From Eledone cirrhosa (taxonomy: Eukaryota): a stretch of DNA of 64,000 nucleotides. This document shows, piece by piece, positions 28,150 to 42,454 of this stretch (positions are counted from its first letter, which is position 1; each line of letters begins with the position of its first letter). Below the pieces are notes generated by a model. It worked only from the letters and a program-made list of their open reading frames with translations, searched no databases and was not told where the DNA came from. The translations under genes were made by a program, and so were the position numbers. The DNA lies in NCBI GenBank assembly GCA_964016885.1, contig OZ024746.1, forward strand, positions 21,142,001 to 21,206,000. Direction: 5' to 3'.

Positions 28150-28900
28150 AGTGCACTACAGCCCCAGAGGTTATCATATAAATAGAACTCACATGACGTA
28201 TGTAGCAATGTGATGGGGGTGAGTTGACACTTTTCTAACCAAAAGGAAGTAATGTGTATCGGTGGATGGCCAGAAGTCAAACCGCGCTAATTTATAAGGT
28301 GGCCTACCTCTGAGATTGATTCCCTAGCATTTGTAGATGGCTTCCCAGAGATATAAATTCTAATGCAAATGATTTGCAAATGATGCAAAAATGTATAATA
28401 GAGCTAACAAACATGATAGTTTTCAAGATGATTTATCAAAATTAACGAGTTAGTAAAATCATGAACATTATAATTTAAAACATAAATGCAATCTAATGCG
28501 CTTCTTTCATGGTAATATATACACAGAATACAAGATATTTGAAGAAAGCTTAATGACTGCACATCAGAACCAGGATTATTAATGACAAGAGAAATTAAAT
28601 TTAGTAGGCATATTTCAAACATTGTGAAACCAAACAAATGTTAGGACTGATTAAATGCTATTTTGATTATATGTATCAGGAGTCATGGCTTCTAATTTTA
28701 AGGAAAAATATTAGATGTCTAGGGTTAAGTCGATAGGAAATCTAATAAATTACTCTTAAAACGAAAATAGATCTGCCAGATAAAATACGGCTAGAAATAC
28801 TCAGTTTGACCATATTCGAAGGGGAAAGGCCACTTGATAGAAACATATAATTTTACAAGATTGTATAATGTGGTTAGCTCTGAATTCTTTAAGTCAATTC
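28150..28900 (+). mobile_element. Highly degenerate CR1-like LINE 3' region
   Basis: Remnants ..MLGLIKCYFDYMYQES and ..HLIETYNF..LYNVVSSEFF resemble the CR1 RT C-terminus. Confidence 0.55.
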
Positions 28901-29249
28901 AATATAAACTGTTGGTCTGAAATTAACGAAGATAACGGAAAGCAGAAAATAACTGAGAACTCATAGAAACTGCTCATTGCTCGATATAAGATATTGCTTC
29001 CCTAATGCTATGTTTCAAAGATATATAAGCGGAATCTGATCCTTCAGGCCAGGAAGAAATTGAAAGCAAACCACAGACCATCTGAACCTCAAACGATGCT
29101 GTACCATATTTTGTACTCCAAAGAAATCACACAATGAGCAGAACGTCAGTGCCTTAAAAGGAATGTATAACACAAATATATCAAAGACACGTGGAATAGA
29201 TTTAATATTGCAAATTTAATACATAAAATTTCAGAATACATAAAAAGAT

Positions 29250-30480
29250 GTGTGCAACTAAGAATTCCCTTGTCCAAGACGTTTCTAGGCGATAAGGAAC
29301 ACCAGTCCTTTTCAGTTTGGAATAATGCAAAACAAGCCCTGTTTTATTTACCACGTCAACTCTTTTGAAAAGGAACTATTAATGCATAATCTTTGACATC
29401 AGAAAACGGACAGTCTCCCATAGAAAAATGGAAACCATCATGTGAGAGAAATCCTGGGTTTGAACGTAGTAACATTCATCAACCAAATTAAGTATTATGA
29501 AAAGAGATCGAACTAAAAATGCATTCAAAGAGATGTTTAGAACAACTTCTGAACAAATTATAGCAGAGTAGACTAACTAGGCTAATACTTTACAGCATCT
29601 AATTGACATAACTTTATGTTGGGGTGAAAGAGGTTTAGCATTTCAATAAACTTCTCATCTGATTAGCGAAGTTAATTTTATGACGCTGGTTGAACTTTTG
29701 TCCTATTGGGATCCATAACTTGAAACGAAAATCTGGGAAAGAGACACGTTGCAAACACATTAATTGTCATACGAATCACAAAATAAATGTATTTCTCTTT
29801 GTTCTGATCTTGATTTGAAACATATTCTCTGAAAGATCAAGGGCACAATACTATTCAATAAGTGTTGAAGCAACGCCCAGTTCAACACTTCTAGAACAGA
29901 CAACATTTATTATACGCTACCTTCAAAGCATAAATTGTGAGTTTAAGATTTAAGATTATTTCTATCATTCGAAGTGTGTTCAGAGAAAAAGATACTGACA
30001 TTGCAAATCTGATTAAAGAACTATGAGTTAAGGCGGCACTCCTTTGGAAGATTGGAAATGTCAAGGATATCACATTGTTGTCAATATGGAAAACAAGTAT
30101 AAAAGAACATAAAGACTTATTACTTAATGAAATTTCTGTCACTATTTTCTTATAACATTAAATTTGTACGGACCAGATTTAGCAGAATTCTATACAGAAT
30201 TAGCTGACTTTTATGGAACTCGACAGATGGCATGTTCTTTTGGCATTCACAGACTAATTGGTGCACCATACATCAGATAACCAATAGTCAGTTAGAATTG
30301 ATACTGGAGTGACATTTGCATCAAATCGTATGAAACTGGCTTCGCAGTTATAACAGAAGCGATTATTCAAATTCATGCAAACGTATCTGGTTAAAAATTG
30401 TTGCTCCTACCGACACCACCAAAATGATATTACATGCACGAAATACCACGGTGAATACTGAAGTGGACAATTGTGAAATG
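29250..30480 (+). mobile_element. Fossil hAT transposase (ZMYM1-like family)
   Basis: Ordered remnants LIDITLCWGERGLAF, NFMTLVELLSYWDP, LSYESQNKCISLC, YSISVEATPSSTLLEQTTF, GYHIVVNMENKYK, TLNL, TNW; many stops and frameshifts. Confidence 0.75.
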
Positions 30481-31067
30481 AACATCGAAAATATGTTTCA
30501 CTCATCATGATGTTTTGATCCGCTCGTTAGGGTTGATATCTCCTTTCCTAGTGAAATTCCTGCAATATACTTGGGGTAAACAAAAGTAGTTTCTCACGTT
30601 AAATATGGTAAATTTGATGTTGAAATCAAAGCAAACAGCAATTTGATAGAAATACATATGTACTAAATATATATCCATGCATAATATATATCCACGACTT
30701 CGCTTGGTATATAAATTTATAAACTAGTTTAAAGGTAGGAGGTTGTTAGAAAGTATATGTTTGCGATTATTCGTGATAAAGTTTTAATAACCACGACATG
30801 TTTGTAGATATCGATGAACATATCAGATCACCTTAATTTACTTATTTATGTCATCCTTTAGTATACATGATATGCACATTTCTATTTCCGGAGATGGATC
30901 TGTCACAGTGTTTTAAAACTGATTCAGTAGAATAGGTCTTTATGTGAACCTAATTAAATTATACATTTCAGAAATTTGTTTTATTAGAAAATACGAGAAG
31001 ATTCTTATAAAAAAACCTTGAGACTCAAAATTATTGTCTTTAACACCGCAAGTACGGAGGCTGTTCT

Positions 31068-31170
<103 letters not shown>

Positions 31171-31994
31171 ACTTGCGGAATTTCTGCAGGGAGAGTCTGC
31201 AAAGTTCGTTAAAGAATCGCTTTCATATATTAATGTACACAAATTCTTAATATTTTTATTTTCAAATATTTAATAGAATGCCTTAATAAATATATAAATA
31301 AATATGAAATGGTTGATTCAATTTTCCTTTTAGTTGTGTTGTTCTTTGTTTGTGTCAAAGTATTAGGTTTATATTTCTCAAAATAATCTCGATATATGCA
31401 ATGCTTTTAAATCTTCATTCTAGACTTTCATATTTGAAAATCAGACGAATCGATTATTTTTCATATCATTTGGAGAGTCAAGCAAATCGAATATTTCGAA
31501 ATCCAATTTTCAATATCGTAGTCTATATTGTATTGTTTAATTTTCAATAATGTAATTTTGATACCAGTCTCAACTAAATCTTTCACATTAACTTGCTTAC
31601 AGTAGTCGTTACACAAATATATATTGTAAATTCTTTAGAACATTAGTTCGTTATTTTATTAAGTAATACCATTGAAAAGAATTTCTTCGGAATAATACAT
31701 TTTCAAAAGTTAATTTATACAATAAAATTCTATAAGTTCAGTATAATCTCCAAGTTTATTTACTTCAATATTGCCATTGTACAAATAAAAGCTGCAGCTT
31801 GCCGATTCATTCAAATATAATAGAGAACTCAAATGTTGGCAATTCGTATTGCACACATTCAGTGGCTTAAGAAAACTTACTTCTGAATGGAACATTATAT
31901 AAAGCTATATGAAGGATCTACTGAAAGGTGCAAAATACAAATGTTAATTATTTTATATCTATATATATATTGTATCCATTTATTATCATCTATT

Positions 31995-32760
31995 ACCCAT
32001 GATCAAAATTATCAGAACACCTGCTAAATTGTTCCTATAAAAATAAATGTTTATATTTATTGAAAACAAATTATTTACTGTATTTAAATTGGAAAAGAAT
32101 ATAACTAATATTTATTCATCATCGCATTTTAATCAATACTTCTGCCATGATTATTGTGTAGTGTTTGAAATCCTTTGATCATACTTCTGTTTCTATTATG
32201 CCACCATTATATCTTCTCATTTCATGTATACAGCTTTCGTGCAGACAACAGTTGTGATAATAAACTGGCTAAAAGATAACAGTTGAAAACATCGTGGTTA
32301 TTTTCAATTCAAAGTTTTCTCTGTCAGCAATTATTTATATCCTTTTGCATTTATTTGTTTATTTATTTCTTCATAAGATCGTCTTTTTGCACATCTGTGT
32401 TACAAATATTGAATAAGTTTCATAGTCTCCTAGCGTATGTCTGGAGACATTTCTTCCGGCAGTTATAATGAAATTTCTTAATAACTGACTCCAGTTATGA
32501 GAGGTTAAACTTGTGGGTTTTATCTATCTCTTTAACTCAAAGATAATATTTCTGTTGGTCCAACTATTCTGCACGATTAACCTTTTCCTTCATTCACCTT
32601 GCTGGAATATTCTATGCACGGTGATTAATGGAATGTGCAATTTACTTTCTTTCAACTTCGTTTAATACTCATGAAATTATGACCAAAGTATGAGGCAAGA
32701 AAATCCTACCCACCTTTGAAATTGACAGATATTTATTTGTCGTAATGGAAACCATAAAAA
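31995..32760 (-). mobile_element. Fossil Tc1/mariner element
   Basis: TIR-like TACCCATGATCAAAATTATCAGAACAC at 31995; frameshifted minus-strand remnants resembling GRP..LS, FSDEKKF and GGG.V.VW motifs. Confidence 0.45.
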
Positions 32761-33096
32761 TTGATGCACTATCTATTGCGCTATTATTTGCCGAACGATA
32801 AAGTAATAATGATGACTAATGAAAAAGAAATTTGCTCATAAATCTCAACATATCTCGAAGTGAAGCAAAGAAAAAGGAGCAAAATTGGAAATAAGGTAAG
32901 AAAAATAGTAAAGCAAACTTCTCCCGAGACAGCATTGTCATAACTCTGATGGCTTAAGTAATCTCGGGAAGTAAAATACTTCTACTTTCAAAATAGAATC
33001 AATATTACTGATAGTCAATAATGACTAAAGACTCTGCTTTCTGCAGAAGACATTTACCTTTCCTTTTAAAGAAGTCGAACGTTTTACATGTGTTAC

Positions 33097-33098
<2 letters not shown>

Positions 33099-33144
<46 letters not shown>
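33099..33144. repeat. (ATT)n microsatellite
   Basis: Direct tandem repeat. Confidence 0.95.
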
Positions 33145-33145
<1 letters not shown>

Positions 33146-34204
33146 GGGTGTAAGTTTATATTTATACATACAATCATTTTAAGAAAGAACGATTATGATA
33201 TCCTATCTTTATGGAAACAAATAAAACTTTCAATGAAGAATATAAAGGGGAAGATAGCTTGGCTCGGAAACTTCTCCTTGTCAAGATAATGGTGGTGATA
33301 AAGGAAAACGGTGATGATAACGTTGGTATTTGGGTAGGTATGAGATGGCGGTTTTCATTGGTAGGTATTCCTACGTGAAGAAATCTTTTTGTTTTTGAGA
33401 AAATGAAATTCTAGAAAACTACTGAAACCGTTAAGAGCAATTTTAAATCCATCCGATTCAGAAAATCTCAAAAACAAAGATAAGTCTGAGTTATCATTGC
33501 TACTCGTAAACAAAATGCTTATCAAGACATCTCTTGAATAAATAAAATGATTTTATTTATCTGAATTATGTTTGCCATACTTTATCCCCTTCTTAATACA
33601 AAGCTGCATCAGAAGAGAATCATTTTTAGAATACTAATAATATTTGATCTCCATTATTGAATTCGATAAGGAACAGAATCAAATCACGAAAGCTACAAGC
33701 CTCACTTACTATTATGAATTTTCACGGATTGTAAATACTTTCATTGTATCGGTTGTATTATATTCACAACACATTAAATTCCGAATTTTGTTCTGTAAGA
33801 GGACAAAACAAATGACATTTTATAATTACATAGAAATTCTGGGCTGCCAAATTTATGCAAAAAAAAATTAATTTCCCTGGAAAACTTGTAAATCCAGAAA
33901 ACTAACATTCAGCAGAATTACAGTGATCAATATTCATTTTTAAAGATTTGTCTATTAAATTTCTTGAGGGAATTATAAATAATTCATTCAAGGATTGCTT
34001 GCATTAAAGTTAACATGAATTCTGTGGCCTTATTTGCATTATGCAGTGGACTGGCAGAATCAGTAGACTATCTAACTTCCTTTTATTTTTGTCCTTATTT
34101 GCGCCCTTTTAAGTTCGTATTTCCCCGACAAAATCAACTTCGCCCTGCATTCTGTCATTGGAATCAATATGATCGATTTTTCTCCCCCAAAGATATGCAG
34201 TAAT

Positions 34205-34380
34205 ATTGGGAAAGTATGCTGTCAAGAAGGGTAAACATAGAAGGGCTGGCCACGTTTCTCGTCTCAGAAACAACAGGTGGAGAGTGGAAAAGAACCAGAG
34301 GGCGGTCAAAATCAAGATGGCGCGACGATCTGACCCGATACCTCGGTCCCACATGAACCTCAATGTCTTAAAAATACGTT
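34205..34380 (+). mobile_element. RTE-like LINE 3' fragment
   Basis: KHRRAGHVSRLRNNRW resembles RTE KWRWAGHVAR..DNRW. Confidence 0.6.
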
Positions 34381-34397
34381 TGTATTGAGAAAACAGA

Positions 34398-34580
34398 AGG
34401 CGGTGAATTAGAAAAGTCGTCAGAATGTCGGATAGAATGCTTTGCATTGCGGTATTCGTTTCGTCTCTCTGCTGCCTGAGTTCAAATCCTTCCGAGGTCA
34501 ACTTTGCCTTTCGTCCATACGAAGTCAATAAAAAAGTACCAGTCAAGTACTGGGGCTGATTTTTCATCTATATCTCTTTC
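34398..34580 (+). mobile_element. SINE family M2
   Basis: GGCGGTGAATT head, GAGTTCAAATCC, central domain. Confidence 0.8.
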
Positions 34581-35143
34581 TCCCTTCCATTCTCTCGAGG
34601 ACCATGCATGCATTGAGAAAACAAGTCACGGTGTTATTCACTGTTCCCTGTATGTCTGCATTAATATGTATATCTTTATAGCTTATTAACATCCCTTTTA
34701 GGCGCCAACGAAAAATTCTCTAATTGATAACTTTTTCCTAGAAATAGCAGTTAATGCTCCCTCATATCACACACTACCCTCATTAGAAAGAGACATATTG
34801 TAGTTTAAAAAAATAGTAATAACATAATTATGAATACAATGTCTTCAATTAGAGCTTTGTTAGATTAAACCTGATCTGGGGTTAAACAGCACGAATAACA
34901 ACACATGTATACCTTTTATTAGCATTGAGCAATCCGTTAATTATATATTTATCTATTTATCTCAGTAATTTTCCATGGTATCATTAACATTTAGCAAAAG
35001 TCACACTTCACATTCAATAAAGGTCATAACTCATTTATAATATCACTTTCATAGTAGAACTACATTTATCCAGATTGTTAAAACCTTATCTCTTTACCTT
35101 TCTCTGTCTCTGTTACATTTTCTTTTCATCTTTTGCGGAGTGC

Positions 35144-35209
<66 letters not shown>

Positions 35210-35874
35210 CTGTTTCTATGTGTGTGTGTGTGTGTGTGTGTGCGTGTATGTGTGTGTGTGTGTGTGCGTGTATGTGTGTAAGTGTATGTGTGTAAGTGTG
35301 TGTAAGTGTATGTGTGTGTGTATGCGTGTGTTTTTATTCTTTATAATTCTAAAATAATGAAGAAATGTCAGTTTTCTTTTTCTATTTTTATATATATCGA
35401 GAAATATATGTAATGATATCAGAAGAAAGAAGTGACTGACTGGACTAAAACAAACATAATAGCTAGTGAAATATAAATTATCAGCAATAAATAAATGAAA
35501 AAAAAAAAAACCCAGAAATATATATATATATATACAAAGCACTAACACAAACATCAACAATGACAGAAAGTGTGATCATGATGAACGCAATATCAACATG
35601 GAAACGATTATGGCAACAAAACCGATAATAAAAGCAATACCCCGATAACCGAACACAAAGGAATGCAATTATTTTTTTCCTTTGTAATTAACAAAATCAA
35701 ATTTTAATTTTCTCATTTATTAAATTAAACGGAAAATTAATGACTAAAGCAACACGAATAAAGGAGATTCAAAGAAAATGTGAAAAAAAGAAAAATAATT
35801 ATTAAGATTTGGTTTTAAATTAAAGAATATTCTATGTATAAAGAATAGAGATAGAAAGATAGAAAAACGATTTT

Positions 35875-36050
35875 GAATGTGTACATATGTATATGAATGT
35901 GTACATATGTATATGAATGTGTACATATGTATATGAATGTGTACATATGTATATGAATGTGTACATATGTATATGAATGTGTACATATGTATATGAATGT
36001 GTACATATGTATATGAATGTGTATATATGTATATGAATGTGTAAATATGT
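35875..36050. repeat. 20-bp minisatellite GAATGTGTACATATGTATAT, about 8-9 copies
   Basis: Near-perfect tandem copies. Confidence 0.95.
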
Positions 36051-37044
36051 ATGTGAGCCTGTAGTGCATGTACGTATGTATGCATGCAGTTTATGTATGT
36101 ATGTATGTATGTATGCATGCAGTTTATGTATGTATGTACATATGTATGTACATATGTATGTACGTATGTATATATGTATGTACGCATGTATGTATATTTA
36201 TGTGTGTATGTATGTATGTAAATACGTATGTATGTGTGTATATATGTCTGTATGTATGTGTGTGTCTATATGTATGTACGTATGTACGTAAGTACGTATG
36301 TGTGTGTGTATATATGTATATATAACGTAGACAGTCAATTCGTAGACTTGTAGGTCGTTCTACCTATGATCATCTCGTTTATTATTCTTCAGACTGAGAT
36401 ATGAGGGAAGTTTGAACTCCACTTAATAATAATAAGTGCATTGTTTCTCTCCATGGACTATGATGTTGAAAAATAAACCTTATTTGGTCAATCCATGAGA
36501 GTATCTTGGTCAGCTTATGAACTTTTCAGTCGACCCTCGTATATTGATGTATCTGTATGATGTTACTTTATTTAGGGTTTTGTTTGGTTTCAGAATTATT
36601 ATGATATTGCTCAATGTTTTCACTCTGTGAATATTAGCGTTTGTACAAATTTAATGAATGAAACGTTTCCTCCGTGCTTTTGGTGTTTTGAGGTGTATAT
36701 TTGTAATATTTTGAAGTCTTGAAGCTTTTGAGAATACGGCTTCTTTTATTGCATTTCACAGACCTATTGGAAACAACGATCTCGAACCAACAAGGAGAGA
36801 TACATGTTTACTCGATCTGATAGAATTAGCTGTATATTTCCTTTTAATTTTCTCCGTCTTACAAAATGTATGAACATACATATAATTTGATAGTGAATAA
36901 ATCAGAACGAACGTAGCTTGGATGACGACTGAATGAAAAGGATTTGACTGTTGAGTGTGAAAACTTAATTATAATATATTTTTCACATTATCATTGGAGA
37001 TTTTACAATCATGGAGCACACATATACAGTCAGGTACAAGCATC

Positions 37045-37275
37045 ATACATAATAATAATAGGGGCTTTAGGGACAGTGCACAAAACCTCGATGGGTTGGT
37101 TGAAAAGTATTCATGTAAAAGAAAAATTTAACATATTATAGAAACATTGTTTGTTGGGAACAGGGGAATATTGAGATGTGCTATACAGCTGAGGTCAACA
37201 GAATTGACTTGGTGCTCAAATAGTAAAACCGGTAAAAACATCAAAATACCGAGAAAATTGAAAATAACAATAATA
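37045..37275 (+). mobile_element. Dong/R4-type LINE 3' end fragment
   Basis: IIIGALGTVHK..WL..NIL*KHCLLGT, typical C-terminus after the restriction-like endonuclease. Confidence 0.7.
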
Positions 37276-37276
37276 T

Positions 37277-37445
37277 TGGTTTCTGATTTAGGCACAAGGC
37301 CAACAAATTTTGGGGAAGGAGAAAGTCGAACAAATCGAGGCCAGTGCATTGCTGGTAGTTTATTTTATCCACCTCCATAAGGATAAAAGGCAAAGCTAAC
37401 CTCGGCGGGATTTGAACTCAGAACGTAAATGGGTATAACTATATA
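37277..37445 (-). mobile_element. SINE family M (long), 5'-truncated
   Basis: Family match. Confidence 0.85.
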
Positions 37446-37944
37446 TCACAGATGATGATGATGATGATGATGATGATGAGGATGATTAACCACAAAGGGC
37501 TTACATCAATAAAACATTAAAGACGGTACGAGGATACATATAGTAGTATTGTCGCTGTGTTTTGTAAAATTGTATCTTGGGTCAAGTGGTGTTTGTTTTA
37601 TTTATGTTTGTACCGATAGCAATGTTTCTAACGTGTCTAACGAGAAGTTGTTGGTTGCCTTATTGTTTATTTTATGGCTGTTGTTAATTTTATTATAACA
37701 GTTCCAGATCAATAGTGTTAATAGAATCATGCTTTGATATTTAATGGCTGCATGTCTCGTCAACATTACTTCTGACATATAGTGTTTGTAGTGTTTTCTC
37801 ACTAAACTAGTGCGACAACATTTATCGGTAGAGGGTCGGCTGAAACGTTTATAAGCAGATTATGAAGGAGTTGATGCTAGAGCTGTGAAATCTTGTATGC
37901 ATTAATTTCAACTCTTCTTATTAATAACTGCATTGTTTCTAAGG

Positions 37945-38095
37945 GCGATGCATTATGTCCTTGAGCAAGAGACTTTATTTGACGTTGCTCTCTTTTTGCT
38001 AGAAGTTGTGACCGTTAGATAATATCGGGAATGGAAAGACCAGTGGAAACATTGTTTCCTTGGTCCGATTTGACAACTTCCACCCAGCTTGGGAA
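37945..38095 (+). mobile_element. CORE-type SINE, tail type 1, 5'-truncated
   Basis: GTCCTTGAGCAAGA core and GGAAACATTGTTTCC tail. Confidence 0.8.
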
Positions 38096-38206
38096 GTGAA
38101 TGAAGTATGTGATCTTGTCGATCGATTCTATATATATATATATATATATATATAGTAATAATAATATATTTTGCAATAATATATATAGTAATAATAATAA
38201 ATTTTA

Positions 38207-38322
<116 letters not shown>

Positions 38323-38861
38323 CCTGATAGTAGACGGCTCATAATTTGACAATACAACTGTATCTTTGTCAAAACACTATCATCATATTCCTTCAGTATT
38401 CAGCTGAATTTAAAGATGGTAACGTTCAATCAACATACTGTATTGAATAAATTTATAAAAATCATATTTTCAATATTAAAACCGCCTACCCAAATAGACT
38501 TCATATAATTACTAACTTTTCTCGGTGCTAATAAGCTATGTCTTTAATATGCTATTTAGGTAAATCACATGGAGGGAAAAAAAGCAACCTAATTAGGATC
38601 TATTCAAGACCTCATGTAGCTTTGCAACGTGTTCGTACGCAAATATCGACGATCTGTATCCAAGATATGGTTATTACAATTACCAGTTGAATATTATTGC
38701 TAGTTGCAAATTACTTAGTACATCTATATAAGAGCCTCAACAATATAATTGATACGTTATGTTTTCATCAATAAATGGAAGATATAAAATGTAAAGCACA
38801 AACAAAGTTTTAGGATTTGATAATCTTTCGTATTTTTACCGCTTAATTTTTACTCGTCAGA

Positions 38862-39617
38862 CGCGGCGAATTGGCAGAGTCGTTAGAACCTCAGATATAA
38901 TGCTTTGTGGTATTCCAGTCAACTCTCTTCTCTCTCAGTTCAAATCCTGCCGAGGTCAACTTTGCCTTTCAAACATTCGAGGTCGAAAAAAAAGTACCAG
39001 TCAAGTACTGGGTAGATTCTTCCTCTATATCGCTACCTCCCTTCTATTCTCTCTCTCCCCCTCTCCCCCTCTCTCTCTCTATATATATATATATCCTTCT
39101 CTAGAAAAAATCTGCTGTATTCAGACCTGGGGATGGATGGGTTCCGCCAGGTTTACAAAAGAAGCCCTAGAAACTCCGTCAGTACAGCGCCCCGACGACT
39201 CCCTCATGAATTGCGAGACCATGTTGTTTGTTGTCATTATGACGATATGATCTGAGTTCAAATCCCGCCGAGGTTAACTTTGCCTTTCATCCTTACGGGG
39301 TCGATAAAATAAAGTACCAGTAATGCACTGGGATAATTGCTGGCCTTGTGCCAAAAGTAGAAACGATTATGGCGATATTACCATCTTAGGGCGGTGAATT
39401 CGCAGTACCGGTAGAGCGTGAACAAGATGCTTTGCTGCATATAGTTGCATCCCTTTACATTCTGAGTTCAAATCCCGCCGAGGTAGGTTAGCTTTATCTT
39501 TCATCCTTACTGGGTCAATACAATGAAGTAACAATAACGTACTGGCGTCGATTTAATCAACTTTTCCCTCCCCCCCAAATTGTTGACCTTGTGCTGTGGC
39601 TAAATCTGAAACCATTA
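38862..39617 (+). mobile_element. Cluster of three SINEs (M2 38862-39225; M short 39249-39368; M long 39388-39617)
   Basis: Family matches; TSD ATTATGRCGATAT around the short copy. Confidence 0.88.
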
Positions 39618-39666
39618 GGACCAAACTACCAGAAAGTTACAATCACAACAGTATCGGTTTCAATTT

Positions 39667-40939
39667 CCGTTTGAAACCATTTCAAATCCCCCACGCCTCT
39701 TTTGTGAAGGAGATGGACGTCAGTATCTATTTTCCGTTTGAGCCGTATAATCCTAGGCTTTGAATCAGAAACCATTTTAAATCACCCACGCCTCTTTTGT
39801 GAAGGAGATGGACGTCAGCATCTATTCTTCGTTTGAGCCGTATAATCCTAGGCTTTGAATCAGAAACCATTTTAAATCACCCACGCCTCTTTTGTGAAGG
39901 AGATGGACGTCAGTATCTATTCTTCGTTTGAGCCGTATAATCCTAGGCTTTGAATCAGAAACCATTTTAAATCACCCACGCCTCTTTTGTGAAGGAGATG
40001 GACGTCAGCATCTATTCTCCGTTTGAGCCGTATAATCCTAGGCTTTGCATCAGAAACCATTTTAAATCACCCACGCCTCTTTTGTGAAGGAGATGGACGT
40101 CAGTATCTATTCTCCGTTTGAGCCGTATAATCCTAGGCTTTGAATCAGAAACCATTTTAAATCACCCACGCCTCTTTATCTATTCTCCGTTTGAGCCGTA
40201 TAATCCTAGGCTTTGAATCAGAAACCATTTTAAATCACCCACGCCTCTTTTGTGAAGGAGATGGACGTCAGTATCTATTCTCCGTTTGAGCCGTATAATC
40301 CTAGGCTTTGAATCAGAAACCATTTTAAATCACCCACGCCTCTTTATCTATTCTCCGTTTGAGCCGTATAATCCTAGGCTTTGAATCAGAAACCATTTAA
40401 AATCACCCACGCCTCTTTATCTATTCTCCGTTTGAGCCGTATAATCCTAGGCTTTGAATCAGAAACCATTTTAAATCACCCACGCCTCTTTATCTATTCT
40501 CCGTTTGAGCCGTATAATCCTAGGCTTTGAATCAGAAACCATTTTAAATCACCCACGCCTCTTTATCTATTCTCCGTTTGAGCCGTATAATCCTAGGCTT
40601 TGAATCAGAAACCATTTTAAATCACCCACGCCTCTTTATCTATTCTCCGTTTGAGCCGTATAATCCTAGGCTTTGAATCAGAAACCATTTTAAATCACCC
40701 ACGCCTCTTTATCTATTCTCCGTTTGAGCCGTATAATCCTAGGCTTTGAATCAGAAACCATTTTAAATCACCCACGCCTCTTTTGTGAAGGAGATGGACG
40801 TCAGTATCTATTCTTCGTTTGAGCCGTATAATCCTAGGCTTTGAATCAGAAACCATTTTAAATCACCCACGCCTCTTTTGTGAAGGAGATGGACGTCAGT
40901 ATCTATTCTCCGTTTGAGCCGTATAATCCTAGGCTTTGA
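39667..40939. repeat. Minisatellite of 95-bp and 73-bp units, about 15 copies
   Basis: GTTTGAGCCGTATAATCCTAGGCTTTG recurs 15 times at 95- or 73-bp spacing; the short unit lacks a 22-bp TGTGAAGGAGATGGACGTCAG-containing block. Confidence 0.97.
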
Positions 40940-41039
40940 GTCATTCGACTATAATTCTCTCCATATTCTTGGTAATTCTATTTAGTAAGGTACTGCAGAC
41001 ATCATCTCACTGTATTTAGGTATCTTTTGATAAAGCACG

Positions 41040-41562
41040 ATTTAGGCACAAGGCAAACAATTTGGGGGGAGGGGAAGTCTATTAAATCGATCCCAGTGAG
41101 CTATAGGTACTTTATTTGATCGACCCCGTAATGATGAAAGGCAAAGCTAACCTCAGCGGAATTTAAACTCAGAACGTAAAGGGCCGTAACTATATGCAGC
41201 AAAACATGGTGTCCGACTCTCTACCCATACTGCGAATTTACCGCTCTATTAATAATTGTTTCTACTATTGGCACAAGGCCAGCAATTACCCAGTACATTA
41301 CTGGTACTTTATTTTATCGATCCCGTAAGGATGAAAGGCAAAGTTAACCTCGGCGGGATTTGAACTCAGAATGGCAATAATGGTTTCTCATTTAGGTACA
41401 AGGCCAACAATTTGGGGAAGGGAAAGTTGATTAAATCGACTCAAATGCGTTACTGGTGCTTTATTTCATCGAGCCCATAAGGATGAAAGGCAAAGCAAAC
41501 CTCGGTGGGATTTGAATTCAGAACGTAAAGGGATGTAACTACCGATACTGCAAATCCACCTC
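41040..41562 (-). mobile_element. Three consecutive family M SINEs
   Basis: Family matches at 41040-41248, 41254-41376, 41380-41562. Confidence 0.88.
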
Positions 41563-42454
41563 TGACTTAATAATACACTATTTATGTAGTTATGTTTAAG
41601 TGGTTTATATGCTCATTTAGTCAGGAAGCCATTTAATGCTTGAGTCTGTTCTTGGAGTCAGAGTGTCACTAAAATATGATATAGTATTAGTTTGCAATGA
41701 ATTTTCCTTTTGTAATGTTTGAATTATATCTGTGTTCATAGTTGAGCAAAATAACGTATCAAAGTTAATTATAATATATATATATAATTTTCTCTATGTC
41801 AGAATTTTATTAAATTTATAATGTTATATGTACTCAAAGAGATATCAGATTAAACACAACAATAAAATGAAAGTAATAAAAGATATTGATTAAAATAAAT
41901 CAGTAAAATATAGTTCAGTTATTAGAAATTGCTGCAACATTGGTATATCTTTACGCCATTATAACACTGCAGTATGGTGATGAAAGCTAGTTCTAGTGTA
42001 AGCATGTATCAAGAGTTTTAATCCCAATCGTCCAACACTTGGTAAAATATAAGATCAATTTCTTTTGAATCTGCTCAAGAGATATTTGTTAGAAAAAGAA
42101 GAGAATAGAGTTGCAGAGAAAAAAATAGGTTGAAGTTCATCCCTTTGGGATTGATCTCAAGTTATAAGCAATTAAATGTATACACCATGAATAATATAAG
42201 GTTCTCTATCTCTACTCTCAATTCTAAAGTGACTAAATTATTGATAAATATAAAAATATTATTACTAATCTACTTATTACTGCTTTAATATAACCAGTTT
42301 CTATAAAAGAAATATCAATTTAGAAATTCTCCCCCATTTAGGAAGGAGACTCTGTGATTGGGATAAGGGGCGGGTAGACTGTTTCCCAGAGAAATAGTAG
42401 TACAAATAACCCGAATAAAAACGACGCTACATATCTAATATATGAAAAAATGTC

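Noticed and set aside
31763-31883. Possible minus-strand host exon (TTCAG..GTAAAT, EVSFLKPLNVCNTNC..)
   Set aside because: No recognisable homology or partner exons; splice-like signals are common in AT-rich DNA; needs RNA-seq
37045-37445. Dong/R4 LINE as the mobiliser of family M SINEs
   Set aside because: The Dong fragment ends in AAT-type sequence in sense while SINE tails and targets are ATT in sense, and no shared 3' tail is visible
39667-40939. CRISPR-like array
   Set aside because: No unique spacers, no cas genes, eukaryotic context; it is a two-variant minisatellite with no ribozyme core on either strand
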